Shown: piece by piece, positions 51,623 to 63,521 of the stretch
Layout: each line of letters starts with the position of its first letter
Position numbering within the stretch: the stretch's first letter is position 1
NCBI RefSeq assembly: GCF_964204645.1
Contig: NC_134028.1
Location: 11,269,263 to 11,333,262, forward strand
Direction of reading: 5' to 3'
DNA: 64,000 bases
From: Tubulanus polymorphus
Lineage: Eukaryota; Animalia; Nemertea
Translations under genes and position numbers: made by a program
Notes under the pieces: model-generated
What the model was told of the DNA's origin: nothing
The model's input: the letters and a program-made list of their open reading frames with translations, nothing else
Databases searched by the model: none

Positions 51623-52292
51623 ATGGAATCAGAACAACCACAAACTATCAATATTACAAATAACACTGGCGTCATAAATATATATTACAAGAAGAGTTCT
51701 AAGTGTGAATTAGATAAATTAGCTTTAACAGAATTTAGTAAGCGTAAGATTAGCAAAGATGGTTTTCAATATTGCTGTAAAACTTGTACTAAACTATATA
51801 CCAAACAATACCGAGAAGATAATATAGAACATTACAATTATTATATGGCAGAATATATGAGAGAAAGATATCAAACAGATCTTAATTTTAGATTGAAACA
51901 ATGCTTAAGATCTAGATTAACACAATTATTCAACAAAGAAACACATTCAGAAACACTATCTAATTTATTGGGTTGTTCAGATGAATTCTTAAAATCATGG
52001 ATTATATTTCAATTCGATGATAAAATGAATATAGATAATTATGGGGATTATTACCATATTGATCATGTGTTACCAATATCTAAATTTAACATGAATGATG
52101 AATACAATAAAAAACTTTGGATTGGGTTGGAAAAATTTAAGGCCTTTAGAAAAGAAGGAAAACATAATTAAATCTAATAAACTAGATTTACAGTTATATT
52201 TAGATCAACTGGATAAAGCAAAGACATTTGTTGAATTATGGAATAGTATTTCACAGAATCAACCGCATTCTGAGGTTTTAATCAGTGGTTAG
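51623..52292 (+). pseudogene. HNH-family endonuclease (copy B)
   Basis: SKDGFQYCCKTC, LLGCSDEFLKSWI, HIDHVLPISKF, WKNLRPLEKKEN; frameshift near 52115; C-terminal part duplicated at 54217-54432. Confidence 0.75.
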
Positions 52293-52657
52293 AAAACCGG
52301 CAATTCTATTTGAGTCTTGTTTGTATATAATACATAGCTCTTGTTTACTACTAAAACATATGTTGCCAAATATATCTTGTTCTCAATTCTAAAGAATTAA
52401 TTAACTTCATCATGAAGAACATTTGTTACAATCCAGGCAAACATGCAGAAATAATTAGTTTGGTCGAACGTGCGCCACGTCGGCAGTTAGAAATCAACTT
52501 TCACATACATAGTACGTATTGGATATTCTCTCTCAAAACACAGTTTACAGTTCTAAATCTAAATGTAAGTACCGTTTTTGTAGTTATTATGAAGTAGGGA
52601 AACCTTTAAACATATTTAAGTACAGTAATTCATTTTCACGACATCTTTTAGATTAAA

Positions 52658-53739
52658 ATGGAATACAGAGATCGACCAGAAATGCCAAGTCAACCATCGG
52701 AAGAGGAACCAGAAACGATGGATAGTGAAACACAGGAATCAATAGAAATGGGGGATAAAACTCTCGTAATGGGGTACCCGCGAAACCAGCTATCCCACCA
52801 GATGGCGCAACAAGCAGTAGGTCGTTCGTTTTCAAAATTAGTTCATTTTCAATGACATTTGAACTGGATTTTTGAACTCCTCAATCCATATACTATCACA
52901 GCACCTACCAATATACAATACTTTCATTCTTCTAATCGGATGTTGGTAAAGTTTCCAAAAATGATTCATTCATTTAAGAGAAAAGTTAATTTAGGTTTAA
53001 TTGAAATGTAGACGAAATCGAACGTGGACGACCAACTATCTACTAGCGACACCTGGCGGATCCTCGCCTGCCATACGTGGAATCCTCGATTGCCACAGTA
53101 GCACTGCGGGTACCCCATTGACGAACAAACTTCACAAAAATTACAAGAACATTTGGATTATCATCAAGAAATGGTGAAAATTCTGAGTGATGTAATACAT
53201 AATAAACAATTACCGCGCGAACTACAATTACCAAAATTACCAGCAACGCGACTTAAATTGCTGTTGGGACTCAAAGAATCGAAAACTAAGAAAATGAGTG
53301 GAGAAGAGTTGAACGAGTTTTTAAAATCTAAATTAATCATTGACACAGAACATTTAAACTTTCCGAAAATACAAAGTGTAGAAGTTATTTCATTTGCTGA
53401 AATTACTGATATCTTTAAAAAAAAGTTATAAAACCATATTAAATAGAAAAGCAAATCACCTATGGGACCACATCATTTTCGGGGGTTATCTAAATATAGG
53501 GTTTTCAATGTTTGATAAAGAAACTGAGGGGATTTCTTGGGGGCTGTGGGTTAAAAAGAACATAGATATCAGTGCCGGTTTGGAAAGAAAACTGGGAAGA
53601 GTAGGTAGATTAATAAAATATGAAAAATTCAAAATATTAGGATTAGCATTTAGTAGTCAGATATTTACCAGAAATTGAAGAAATTGAAGAAATGATTGGA
53701 AACAATCCAGTAATTAAAGAATTCTGGACAAAATTATAA
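52658..53739 (+). pseudogene. Unknown accessory gene, decayed (deleted version at 60595-61061)
   Basis: ORF fragments conserved between copies B and C (VKILSDVIHNKQLPRELQLPKLPATRLKLLLG). Confidence 0.5.
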
Positions 53740-53810
53740 ATTATAACACTGAAGGTCTTAGATATCAAAAAATGTAATCTCGATTGTATATATCTGTTTT
53801 AATATTGTAT

Positions 53811-54009
53811 TGTTTACTGTTAACTAAGTATAACGCAATAACCGGTCCGATTGGACCGCTTTTCTATTGTTCTCCATTGTTCTATTATCGATCGTTGTTA
53901 ATGGCGGCGGTTGTTCTGTATTGATTGTTTACTGTTAACTAAGTATTGCGCAATAACCGGTCCGATTGGACCGCTTTTCTATTGTTCTCCATTGTTCTAT
54001 TATCGATCG
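53811..54009. repeat. Direct repeat pair, also at 60281-60510
   Basis: CGCAATAACCGGTCCGATTGGACCGCTTTTCTATTGTTCTCCATTGTTCTATTATCGATCG twice; GGTCC-GATT-GGACC hairpin. Confidence 0.8.
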
Positions 54010-54741
54010 CTAAAATTTACATAATAAATATATTTGTTTATGAAATAATATTTCCACCAGTCGTTTCGTTGAAATGATTTTCAGTTGAGGATTTATTATC
54101 GAGGATCCGAAATGACTTATCAAAAGCAGCGAGGAATGAAAAAGGATGACATTAGTCGAAGAAATGGAAGAGGATTCTAAAATGTTAATCAATTTTAATA
54201 AAAATTTGATTTATAAATGGAAAGGAATGATGAATACAATAAAAAACTTATTTGGAATTGGAAAAATTTAAGACCTCTTGAAAAGAAAGAAAATAAAATA
54301 AAATCTAATAAACTAGATTTACAGTTATATTTAGAACAGTTAACAAAGGCAAAGAAATTTATTGATCAATGGAACAATGATCCAAATAATGAACAATACG
54401 TTGAGGAATTTGATATCAAGGATCCGAAATGACTTATCTGGACAGTTATAATTACTGCTCCTAATAGATAAACAAAAGTAGTGAGATATCAAATAGAATT
54501 CAAATAAAATATATTAAAAAAACAATAACTTCAACTAGCCATTATTTCTATTTTAATTTTTGATATATTCTTTTACAATTCTTTTCAAAAGAGAATACTT
54601 TATATCACAAATAAAAAATACTAAAAAAACAATAACTAATACTAAAATTCTTTACCTTTAACTAAGCTAGTATTAATCTAAAGAGATACTGGTATCATTT
54701 TATAATAATTATATTTTTTTTCGCTTTTTTCTCTAATATAA

Positions 54742-55344
54742 ATGTCAAAGAAATCGAGTAAGAATAGTATTGGTATTGAAAAGACATTTGATGATTTGGG
54801 TATAAGTGATAATAAAGAAACAGTTGTAACTAATTGTGCTCAAGTTAATTGTAATATTGATTATGAATACTATTTATATTGTAAACACCATCTTGAATTA
54901 CTAATTGCTGGCGGGAAATCTAAAGAGTTTTTAACTAAGATAATTACTTTTCAAGAATTAGATGCTATGAAACCCGATAAAGTAATAAAATATTTTAAGA
55001 TTTATGAAGAAGCAAGATTAGCTAGAATAAATGATTCTATTTCAGATGGTATTGTCAAATGTTATTCTAAGTTATGTAACCAGTTAATACCAATTGATGA
55101 TGAAAATGAATTATACAGTGATTTGAAAAATGACTACTTAGTTATGACTGAATTACAAAAATGGGTTGGTTATGCTTCATTCCAATTAGGATCGGTTATG
55201 ACATTAATTTCTACTGGTGTCATTACATTTTCGAATATCAAGCCTATGGAATATAAATCAGGTAAGAACGAAACAGATGTACTACAACCAAACGCCGAAA
55301 CAGAAAATGAATCAGAACAAAAATTAACTAAAATAAATGAGTGA
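54742..55344 (+). CDS. Gene X, unknown function (copy B, intact)
   Basis: 200-aa ORF with TAAATG start; homologous to Polinton 45775-46365. Confidence 0.8.
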   Translation: MSKKSSKNSIGIEKTFDDLGISDNKETVVTNCAQVNCNIDYEYYLYCKHHLELLIAGGKSKEFLTKIITFQELDAMKPDKVIKYFKIYEEARLARINDSISDGIVKCYSKLCNQLIPIDDENELYSDLKNDYLVMTELQKWVGYASFQLGSVMTLISTGVITFSNIKPMEYKSGKNETDVLQPNAETENESEQKLTKINE

Positions 55345-55735
55345 TGGAGTTAAGAAAAAGGCTAGATCCGAGAAACAAATTAAATGGGCAAGAGAATTAG
55401 GTAAAAGATCTTCAGAATTAAAAAAAGCTAAGAAAAAGAAATTAACTGATATAAATGAATCACAGACTTTATCTGATAATAATTCAAATAATAATCCATC
55501 TAATTCTTCTAATGCTGGTAGTAGTAATTACTTATATATTACAATTGGATTAGTAACAGTTATTATATTATCTGGTGTAATATATAAATCAAAATTCAAA
55601 TCTGATGATAAAGATGATTCCAATGATGATCGGAAACTTAGTTATCCGTGTACAGACAATAAACCTATCATACCAGAAAATAAGTCAAATCATAAAACCA
55701 TTGAAACTAAATCTAAATTATTATTAATGGATTAA
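55337..55735 (+). CDS. Gene Y, basic N-terminus + TM helix (copy B, intact)
   Basis: RSEKQIKWARELG; YLYITIGLVTVIILSGVIY. Confidence 0.8.
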   Translation: MSDGVKKKARSEKQIKWARELGKRSSELKKAKKKKLTDINESQTLSDNNSNNNPSNSSNAGSSNYLYITIGLVTVIILSGVIYKSKFKSDDKDDSNDDRKLSYPCTDNKPIIPENKSNHKTIETKSKLLLMD

Positions 55736-55741
55736 AATAAG

Positions 55742-56827
55742 ATGAAAAAAGAACAATATTTAAGAGATTTATATTATAACCCAGAAAGTGAAGTATCATA
55801 TTCTAACGTTTCAGAATTATGGAATAAAAATAAATCTGATAATGAAAATATAAAATATAGTGAATTGAAATCATGGTTACAAAATCAACCAACATATCAA
55901 ATACACAAGAAAATGGATAAAACATATTTAACAAGAAAAGTTATGGTTTCATATATCGATCAACAATGGCAAGCAGATTTAATTGACATGAAGAACTTAG
56001 AAGAATACAACAAAGGATATTTCTGGATATTAAATGTTATATACATATTCAGTAGATACGCATGGTCAATTCCAATCAAAAATAAAACTGGTATAGAAGT
56101 AACAAGTGCTTTTAAGAATATATTTAAAGAAGCTATTCCAGATAAGATACAATTTGATGAAGGTAAGGAATTCTATAACAAATATTTAAAAAAACTATTA
56201 TCTGATAACGATGTAGATTATTTTTCAACACACTCAGATAAAAAAGCATTACTTATAGAAAGGTTTAATAAAACATTGAAAACTAGAATGTGGAAATATT
56301 TTACTGCTAATGAAACATATATTTATATCGATGTATTAGATGATTAAGTGAAAGGTTATAATAATTCTAAACATAGTTCTATAAATATGAAACCTATACA
56401 AGCTAGAAAAGAAGATAATTCGGAAATAGTTTGGAATAATTTATATGGAGCATTTGTTACACATGATTTCGGTGAACCTAGATTTAAAATTGGACAACAC
56501 GTTAGAATATCTAAATATAGAAAAACCTTTTATAAAGGTTATACCCCTAATTTTACAGAAGAAATATTTAAGATTAAAAAGATAATATTAACTAAACCAT
56601 TTGTTTATAAACTAGAAGATCTAAAAGATGAAGAAATATTAGGTTATTTCTATGAACAAGAATTATCACTTGTACCAAATCCAGATGAAATAGAATACAA
56701 AATGGAAAAAGTATTGAAAACAAAAACTCTTAAAAGAAAAAAGTATTCTTTGGTGAAATATAAACGATATGATGATAAATTTAATGAATGGATTTTATCT
56801 AGTAAAATTAAAAGAATAAATGAATAA
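55742..56827 (+). pseudogene. rve integrase + chromodomain (copy B)
   Basis: WQADLIDM, QFDEGKEF, IERFNKTL; single TAA at 56345. Confidence 0.92.
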
Positions 56828-57083
56828 AGATTTATTTATATTTGAACCGCATAATATGTTAGTTACTGGAGTAACCAATTGTGGTAAAACACATTTCATA
56901 TTAGATTTGTTAGAAACTATTTATAAGAATCATTTTGATAATATAATATTATTCTGTCCTACTTATGAAATGAATAAAACATATAATAGAGATACAGTTA
57001 AGATGAAAAATTTTATTATATTAGATCCTAAATAAATTAAAGAATAATAAAGGTTCAAAATTATTACTGAGACTACAATTTCC
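56820..57083 (+). pseudogene. Packaging ATPase, internally deleted (copy B)
   Basis: Walker A GVTNCGKT; jumps near 57030 to C-terminal NKLKNNKGSKLLLRLQFP. Confidence 0.85.
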
Positions 57084-57188
57084 AAGATTCTTGCCAAGAA
57101 AGTAAAAAGGTAAGAATCTTACTTTCTTACTCGTACGTCTAGTACATAGATATATAAATTAGTTTCTATAATATTCCAAATTAGGATT

Positions 57189-57800
57189 TTATTTTATAGA
57201 TTTATATTCATAGGGAAATTGTAGTCTCAGTAATAATTTTGAACCTTTATTATTCTTTAATTTATTCATATATTCATCATGTAATTCAGTAGGTATAATT
57301 TGATTTTCTTCCAATGATTTTTGCATAGATTTTTTATCTTTGTTATAAAATAAAACTAGAAATCTTATATTCTCCCTAAAGTCTTTAACAATTGAATCAT
57401 ATTTTTGATTTAAAACCCATGTTGTTATCCCCAAATGTCTCCCAGAGAAAGCTAAATAACATAACTCACTTTCTCTCACTTTTGAATCATGTAAATTAGC
57501 ACAATCATCTACTATGAATAATGTATTTGATCATTCATAAGCATCAATTGCTATTTTAATACAATTATCTAAATTTTCTTTTACTGTTTTAGGATTTAAT
57601 ATAATAAACTTTTTTATCTTAACTATATCTCTATTATATGTTTTATTCATTTCATAAGTAGGACAAAATAATATTATATTATCAAAATGATTCTTATAAA
57701 TAGTTTCTAACAAATCTAATATGAAATGTGTTTTACCACAATTGGTTACAGCAGTAACTAACATATTATGCGGTTCAAATATAAATAAATCTTTATTCAT
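57189..57800 (-). pseudogene. Packaging ATPase (copy C)
   Basis: NCGKT, SGRH; frameshift near 57530. Confidence 0.88.
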
Positions 57801-58914
57801 TTATTCTTTTAATTTTACTAGATATAATCCATTCATTAAATTTATCATCATATCCTTTATATTTCACCAAAGAATACTTTTTTCCTTTGAGAGTTTTTGT
57901 TTTCAATACTTTTTCTATTTTGTATTCTATTTCATCTGGATTTGGTACAAGTGATAATTCTTGTTCATAGAAATAACCTAATATTTCTCCATCTTTTAGA
58001 TCTTCTAATTTATAAACAAAAGGTTTAGTTAATATTATCTTTTTAATCTTGAATATTTCTTCTGTAAAATTAGGGGTATAACCTTTATAAAAGGTTTTTC
58101 TATATTTAGATATTCTTACGTGTTGTCCTATTTTTAATTTAGGTTCTCCGAAATCATGTGTAACAAACGCACCATATAAATTATTCCAAACTATTTCTGA
58201 ATTATCTTCTTTTCTAGCTTGTATAGGTTTCATATTTATAGCACTATGTTTACAATTATTATAACCTTTCACTAAATCATCTAACACATCGATATATTTA
58301 TATGTTTCATTAGCAGTAAAATATTTCCACATTCTAGTTTTCAATGTTTTATTAAATCTTTCTATAATAGATGCTTTTTTTTATCTGAGTGTGTTGAAAA
58401 ATAATCTACATCGTTATCAGATAATAGTTTTTTTAAATGTTAGTTATAAAATTCCTTACCTTCATCAAATTGTATCTTATCTGGAATAGCTTCTTTAAAT
58501 ATTGATTTAAAAGCATTTGTCACTTCTATACCAGTTTTTTTTTTTGATTGGAATTGACCATGCGTATCGACTGAATATGTCTATAACATTTAATATCCAG
58601 AAACATCCTTTATTATGTTCTTCTAAGTTCTTCATGTCAATTAAATCTGCTTGCCATTGTTGATCAATATATGAAACCATAACTTTTCTTGTTAAATAAG
58701 TTTTATCCATTTTCTTGTGTATTTGATATGTTGGTTGATTTTGTAACCATGATTTCAATTCACTATATTTTATATCATCGTGTGGGTGCCATACGGCACC
58801 ATTACCATTTTCATTATCAGATTTAATTTTATCCAATAATTCTGAAACGTTAGAATATGATACTTCACTTTCTGGGTTGTAATATAAATCTCTTAAATAT
58901 TGTTCTTTTTTCAT
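57793..58914 (-). pseudogene. rve integrase + chromodomain (copy C)
   Basis: Same motifs as B; homopolymer frameshifts; 33-nt in-frame insert at 58774-58806. Confidence 0.9.
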
Positions 58915-58921
58915 CTTATTT

Positions 58922-59869
58922 TAATCCATTAATAATAATTTAGATTTAGTTTCAATGACTTTATGATTTGACTTATTTTCTGGTATAATAGGTTTATTGT
59001 CATTGGAATCATCTTTATCATCAGATTTGAATTTTGATTTATAACTATAATAACTGTTACTAATCCAATTGTAATATATAAGTAATTATTACTTCCAGCA
59101 TTAGAAGAATAAGATGGATTGTTATTTGAATCAATATCAGATAAAGTCTGTGATTCATTTATATCAGTTAATTTCTTTTTCTTAGCTTTTTTTAATTCTG
59201 AAGATCTTTTACCTAATTCTCTTGCCCATTTAATTTGTTTCTCGGATCTAGGCTTTTTCTTAACGCCATCACTCATTTATTTTAGTTAATTTTTGTTTTG
59301 ATTCATTTTCTGTTTCACTGTTTGGTTGTAGTACATCTGTTTCGTTCTTACCTGATTTATATTCCATAGGCTTGATGTTCGAAAATGTTATGACACTAGT
59401 AGAAATTAATGTCATAACCGATCCTTATTGAAATGAAGCATATCCAACCCATTTTTGTAATTCAGTCATAACTAAATATTCATTTTTCAAATCACTATAT
59501 AATCTATTTTCATCATCAATTGGTATTCTGGTTACATAACTTAGAATAACATTTGACAATACCATCTGAAATAGAATCATTTATTCTAGCTAATCTTGCT
59601 TCTTCATAAATCTTAAAATATTTTATTACTTTATCTGGTTTCATAGAGTCTAATTCTTGAAAAGTAATAATTCTATTTAAAAACTCTTTAGATTTTCCGC
59701 CAGCAATCAATAGTTCTAGGTGGTGTTTACAATATAAATAGTATATATAATCAATATTACAATTAACTTGAGCACAATTAGTTACAAATGTATCTTTATT
59801 ATCACTTATACCCAAATCATCTAATGTTTTTTCAATATCAATACTATTCTTGCTCGATTTCTTTGACAT
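58922..59869 (-). pseudogene. Genes X and Y (copy C)
   Basis: Near-identical N-termini to the copy B genes; frameshifted. Confidence 0.8.
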
Positions 59870-61389
59870 TTATATTAGAGAAATTTAATAAGAAAAATAT
59901 TATAAGTATTCTTCAAATGATACTAGATAGTTAAAGTTAAAGAATTCTTGTATTGACTACTGATACTAGCTATTTGAATTTAAGGAATTTCTATTTGAAT
60001 CTATTCAAAATACAAAGTATTCTCTTTTTGAAAAGAAAATATTAAAAATATAATAGAATTCACTAGCAGTTGAAGTTATTGTTTTTTTATTATATTTTAT
60101 TTAAATTAGGATTTAATATCTCACTACTATTGTCTATCTATTAGGAGCAGTAATTATAACTGTCCAGATAAGTCATTTCGGATCCTCGATAATAAATCCT
60201 CAAACTGAAAATAAATTCAAAGAAACGACTGGTGGAATTACTATTTCATAAACACATATATTTATTATACAAATTTTAGCGATCGATAATAGAACAATGG
60301 AGAACAATAGAAAAGCGGTCCAATCGGACCGGTTATTGCGCAATACACAGTTATATTTTTATTCTGTAAACTACAACATTCAAACATAGAAATGTAACCA
60401 ATCAATATTGAGCAGCTGTTTCCGTCAACAACGATCAATAATAGAACAATGGAGAACAATAGAAAAGCGGTCCAATCGGACCGGTTATTGCGCAATACAC
60501 AGTTAACAGTAATCAATACAATATTAAAACAGATATATACAATCAAGATTACATTTTTTGATATCTATATTACAAAGACCTTCAGTGTTATAATTTATAA
60601 TTTTGTCCAGAATTCTTTAATTACTGGATTGTTTCCAATCATTTCTTCAATTTCTGGTAAATATCTGACTACTTCACTAAATGCTAATCCTAATATTTTG
60701 AGTTTTTCATATTTTATTAATCTACCTACTCTTCTCAGTTTTCTTTCAAAACCGGCACTGATATCTCCACTCATTTTCTTATTTTTCGATTCTTTGACTC
60801 CCAACAGCAATTTAAGTCGCGTTGCTGGTAATTTTGGTAATTGTAGTTCGCGCGGTAATTGTTTATTATGTATTACATCACTCAGAATTTTCACCATTTC
60901 TTGATGATAATCGAAATGTTCTTGTAATTTTGTGAAGTTTGTTCGTCAATTACGAGAGTTTCATCCTCCATTTCTATTGATTCCTGAGTTTCACTATCCA
61001 TCGTTTCTGGTTCCTCTTCCGATGGTCGGCTTAGAATTTCTGGTCGATCTCTGTATTCCATTTTAATCTAAAAGATCTCGTGAAAATGAATTACTGTACT
61101 TAAATATGTTTAAAGGTTTCCCTACTTCATAATAACTACAAAAAAACGGTACTTACATTTAGATTTAGAACTGTAAACTGTGTTTTGAGAGAGAATATCC
61201 AATACGTACTATGTATGTGAAAGTTGATTTCTAACTGCCGACGTGGCGCACGTTCGACCAAACTAATTATTTCTGCACAGATGTTCTTTGTGATGAAGTC
61301 AATTAATTCTTTAGAATTGAAAAAAAGATATATTTGGCAACATATGTTTTAGTAGTAAGCAAAAGCTATGTATTATATACATACAAAGC

Positions 61390-61997
61390 TCAAATGTCTT
61401 TGCTTTATCCAGTTGATCTAAATATAACTGTAAATCTAGTTTATTAGATTTAATTATGTTTTCCTTCTTTTCTAAAGGTCTTAGATTCTTCCAATTCCAA
61501 ATAAGTTTTTTATTGTATTCATCATTCATGTCAAATTTAGAAATCGGCAACACGTGATCAATATGAAAGTATTCACCATAATTATCTATATTCATTTTAT
61601 CGTTGAATTGATATATAATCCATGATTTTAAGAATTCATCTGAACAACCCAATAAATTAGATAGTGTTTCTGATTGTGTTTCTTTGTTGAATAATTGTGT
61701 TAATCTAGTCATTAAGCATTGTTTCAATCTAAAATTAAGATCTGTTTGATATCTTCCTCTCATATATTCTGCCATATAATAATTATAATGTTCTATATTA
61801 TCTTCTCGATATTGTTTGGTATATAGTTTAGTACAAGTTTTACAGCAATATTGAAAACCATCTTTGCTAATCTTACGCTTACTAAATTCTGTTAAAGCTT
61901 ATTTATCTAATTCACATTTAGAACACTTCTTGTAGTATATATTTAATACACCAGTATTATTTGTAATATTGATAGTTTGTGGTTGTTCTGATTCCAT
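61390..61997 (-). pseudogene. HNH-family endonuclease (copy C)
   Basis: TAAATG start; HIDHVLPISKF..NWKNLRPLEKKEN. Confidence 0.75.
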
Positions 61998-62233
61998 TTA
62001 TTATACATATTTTTTTACTAAATTGATTTCAGAAGTTCAATGATTTATATCATGTATTATTTCAATCACACTTTACTAACACTTTTAATGTTTAAAATCT
62101 AACTCATACAAATATAAATATTGAAATAATGTTGTAAATATATCTATCTATATATCTATTCTATAAGAGCTTACACTTTTATATTGAATAATCTGTCAAT
62201 TTAAATGTTATTCATTTACATGATTATTTTAAG

Positions 62234-62422
62234 AGTTATAGGGATAATAAGCTTTCAGGTTAAAGGTTGAAGGGGCGAGTGAGTAAAAAATGAAAATAAC
62301 AATAATTTACAGTTGAATTAGGAGTATGCGCGACTAATTCAACTGTAAATTATTGTCATTTTCATTTTTTTACGAGCTCGACCCTTCGACCTTTGATCTG
62401 AAAGCCTATTATCCCTATTACT
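62234..62422. repeat. Terminal palindrome of copy C
   Basis: AGTTATAGGGATAATAAGCTTTCAG ... CTGAAAGCCTATTATCCCTATTACT with a longer central stem than copy B. Confidence 0.88.
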
Positions 62423-63521
62423 CTTCAGGTAAACGCGCCTCCCGCAAAACGGCATCGATCATGATTCAGGCGAACGTTAACTGGCGAACGGGTGGGAACG
62501 TCTTATCTAGCTTAATGGGCACGCCTATCTCGTGACGTCGTAGAAAGTTGTTTAGATCACGCTGGCATTTGAGCTCGCCTTTTGCAATGAACAGAAAATC
62601 GTCAAGAATATGTACAACGAAAGAGCACCCTAACTTATGAACAGCTACCCACTTTAAACAAGACGAGAAACGATCGAAAATAGCGCACGAACTAGAGGGC
62701 CCCATCGGCAAAACAGCATCAACATAAAACTTGCCGTCCAAGGTAAAGCCCAACAAGGGTTGATCAAACTCGCTTATGGGGATAATGCGAAACGCGGATT
62801 CTATATCTGTTCTTGCAAGGTAAACGTCCGGACCCAGAGATTTGATTATATCGATTGCATCTTGAATAGTTGAATATTTAATGGCGGATGCATCCACGGG
62901 GACAAAGTCGTTAACCGAAGAACCCTTTGGGTAGGACAGGTGATGGATAACCCTAAAGCCCCCCGAGCTTTTGGGCACGACGCCGAGGGGCGAAACATGA
63001 ATTGGAGCGCCATCTGGCATAAATGGGTCACTGAAGGGACCCCTAACTCTCCCCAAATCAAGTTCTTTCGTAATCTTTTCCCGAACCACATTGGGATGAT
63101 CCCTAGCTGACTTTAAATTTGTGATACCGCGGCTTGCGATTGGTCCCCCGAAAAAACTGTCGATGCGGAAACCGTGTTGAAAACCGTTGATTAGTAAATC
63201 GCGTTGCTCAGAGTCGTAATCCAAAATGTAGGGTAGAAGTTTAGTTATTCTAACCGGTGTGGGGAGGCTTGGCAGCCTTGGGTCTTTCGGGACGCTGGTT
63301 GCCAGTGCCGGCTGACCGGGCACAATTGACTGCCGAGTGTGAGCCCCTGCAAAATTTACATCTGTGTGCATTAGATGCAGGATTTCCGGGTAAACCCAGA
63401 GAAGCTGTTGTACGCAAAACAGACTTTGGTGAGCGATTGCGAGGAGCTGTTGCGAAAGGACTGGTTGGAGGGGCGTCGAGTTTTGGACTCCATCCAAAGC
63501 TCCCAATCGACGGTGTCCCAA
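62423..63521 (-). pseudogene. Ngaro/DIRS-type reverse transcriptase, 3'-truncated by copy C
   Basis: PTPV, GFRI, NLKSA, SPLGVVPK, FRVIHHLSYP, DIESAFR, LPMG, ILDDF; reads on to REARLPE at the 62423 junction. Confidence 0.88.

Larger units (their letters stand above)
51239..57083 (+). mobile_element. Small Polinton-related element, copy B
   Basis: Starts AGTAATAGGGG in a 152-bp palindrome; HNH, unknown gene, X, Y, integrase, ATPase. Confidence 0.88.
57084..62422 (-). mobile_element. Small Polinton-related element, copy C (inverted relative to B)
   Basis: Terminal palindrome 62234-62422 ending CCCTATTACT; same gene order as B. Confidence 0.88.

Noticed and set aside
53811-54009. CRISPR-like array (also 45557-45743)
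   Set aside because: Only two long repeats or irregular short units, no regular spacers, no cas genes, eukaryotic context.
51239-62422. B+C as a single Polinton with giant TIRs
   Set aside because: No shared TSD, different target genes on each side, and the arms differ by many substitutions and indels.
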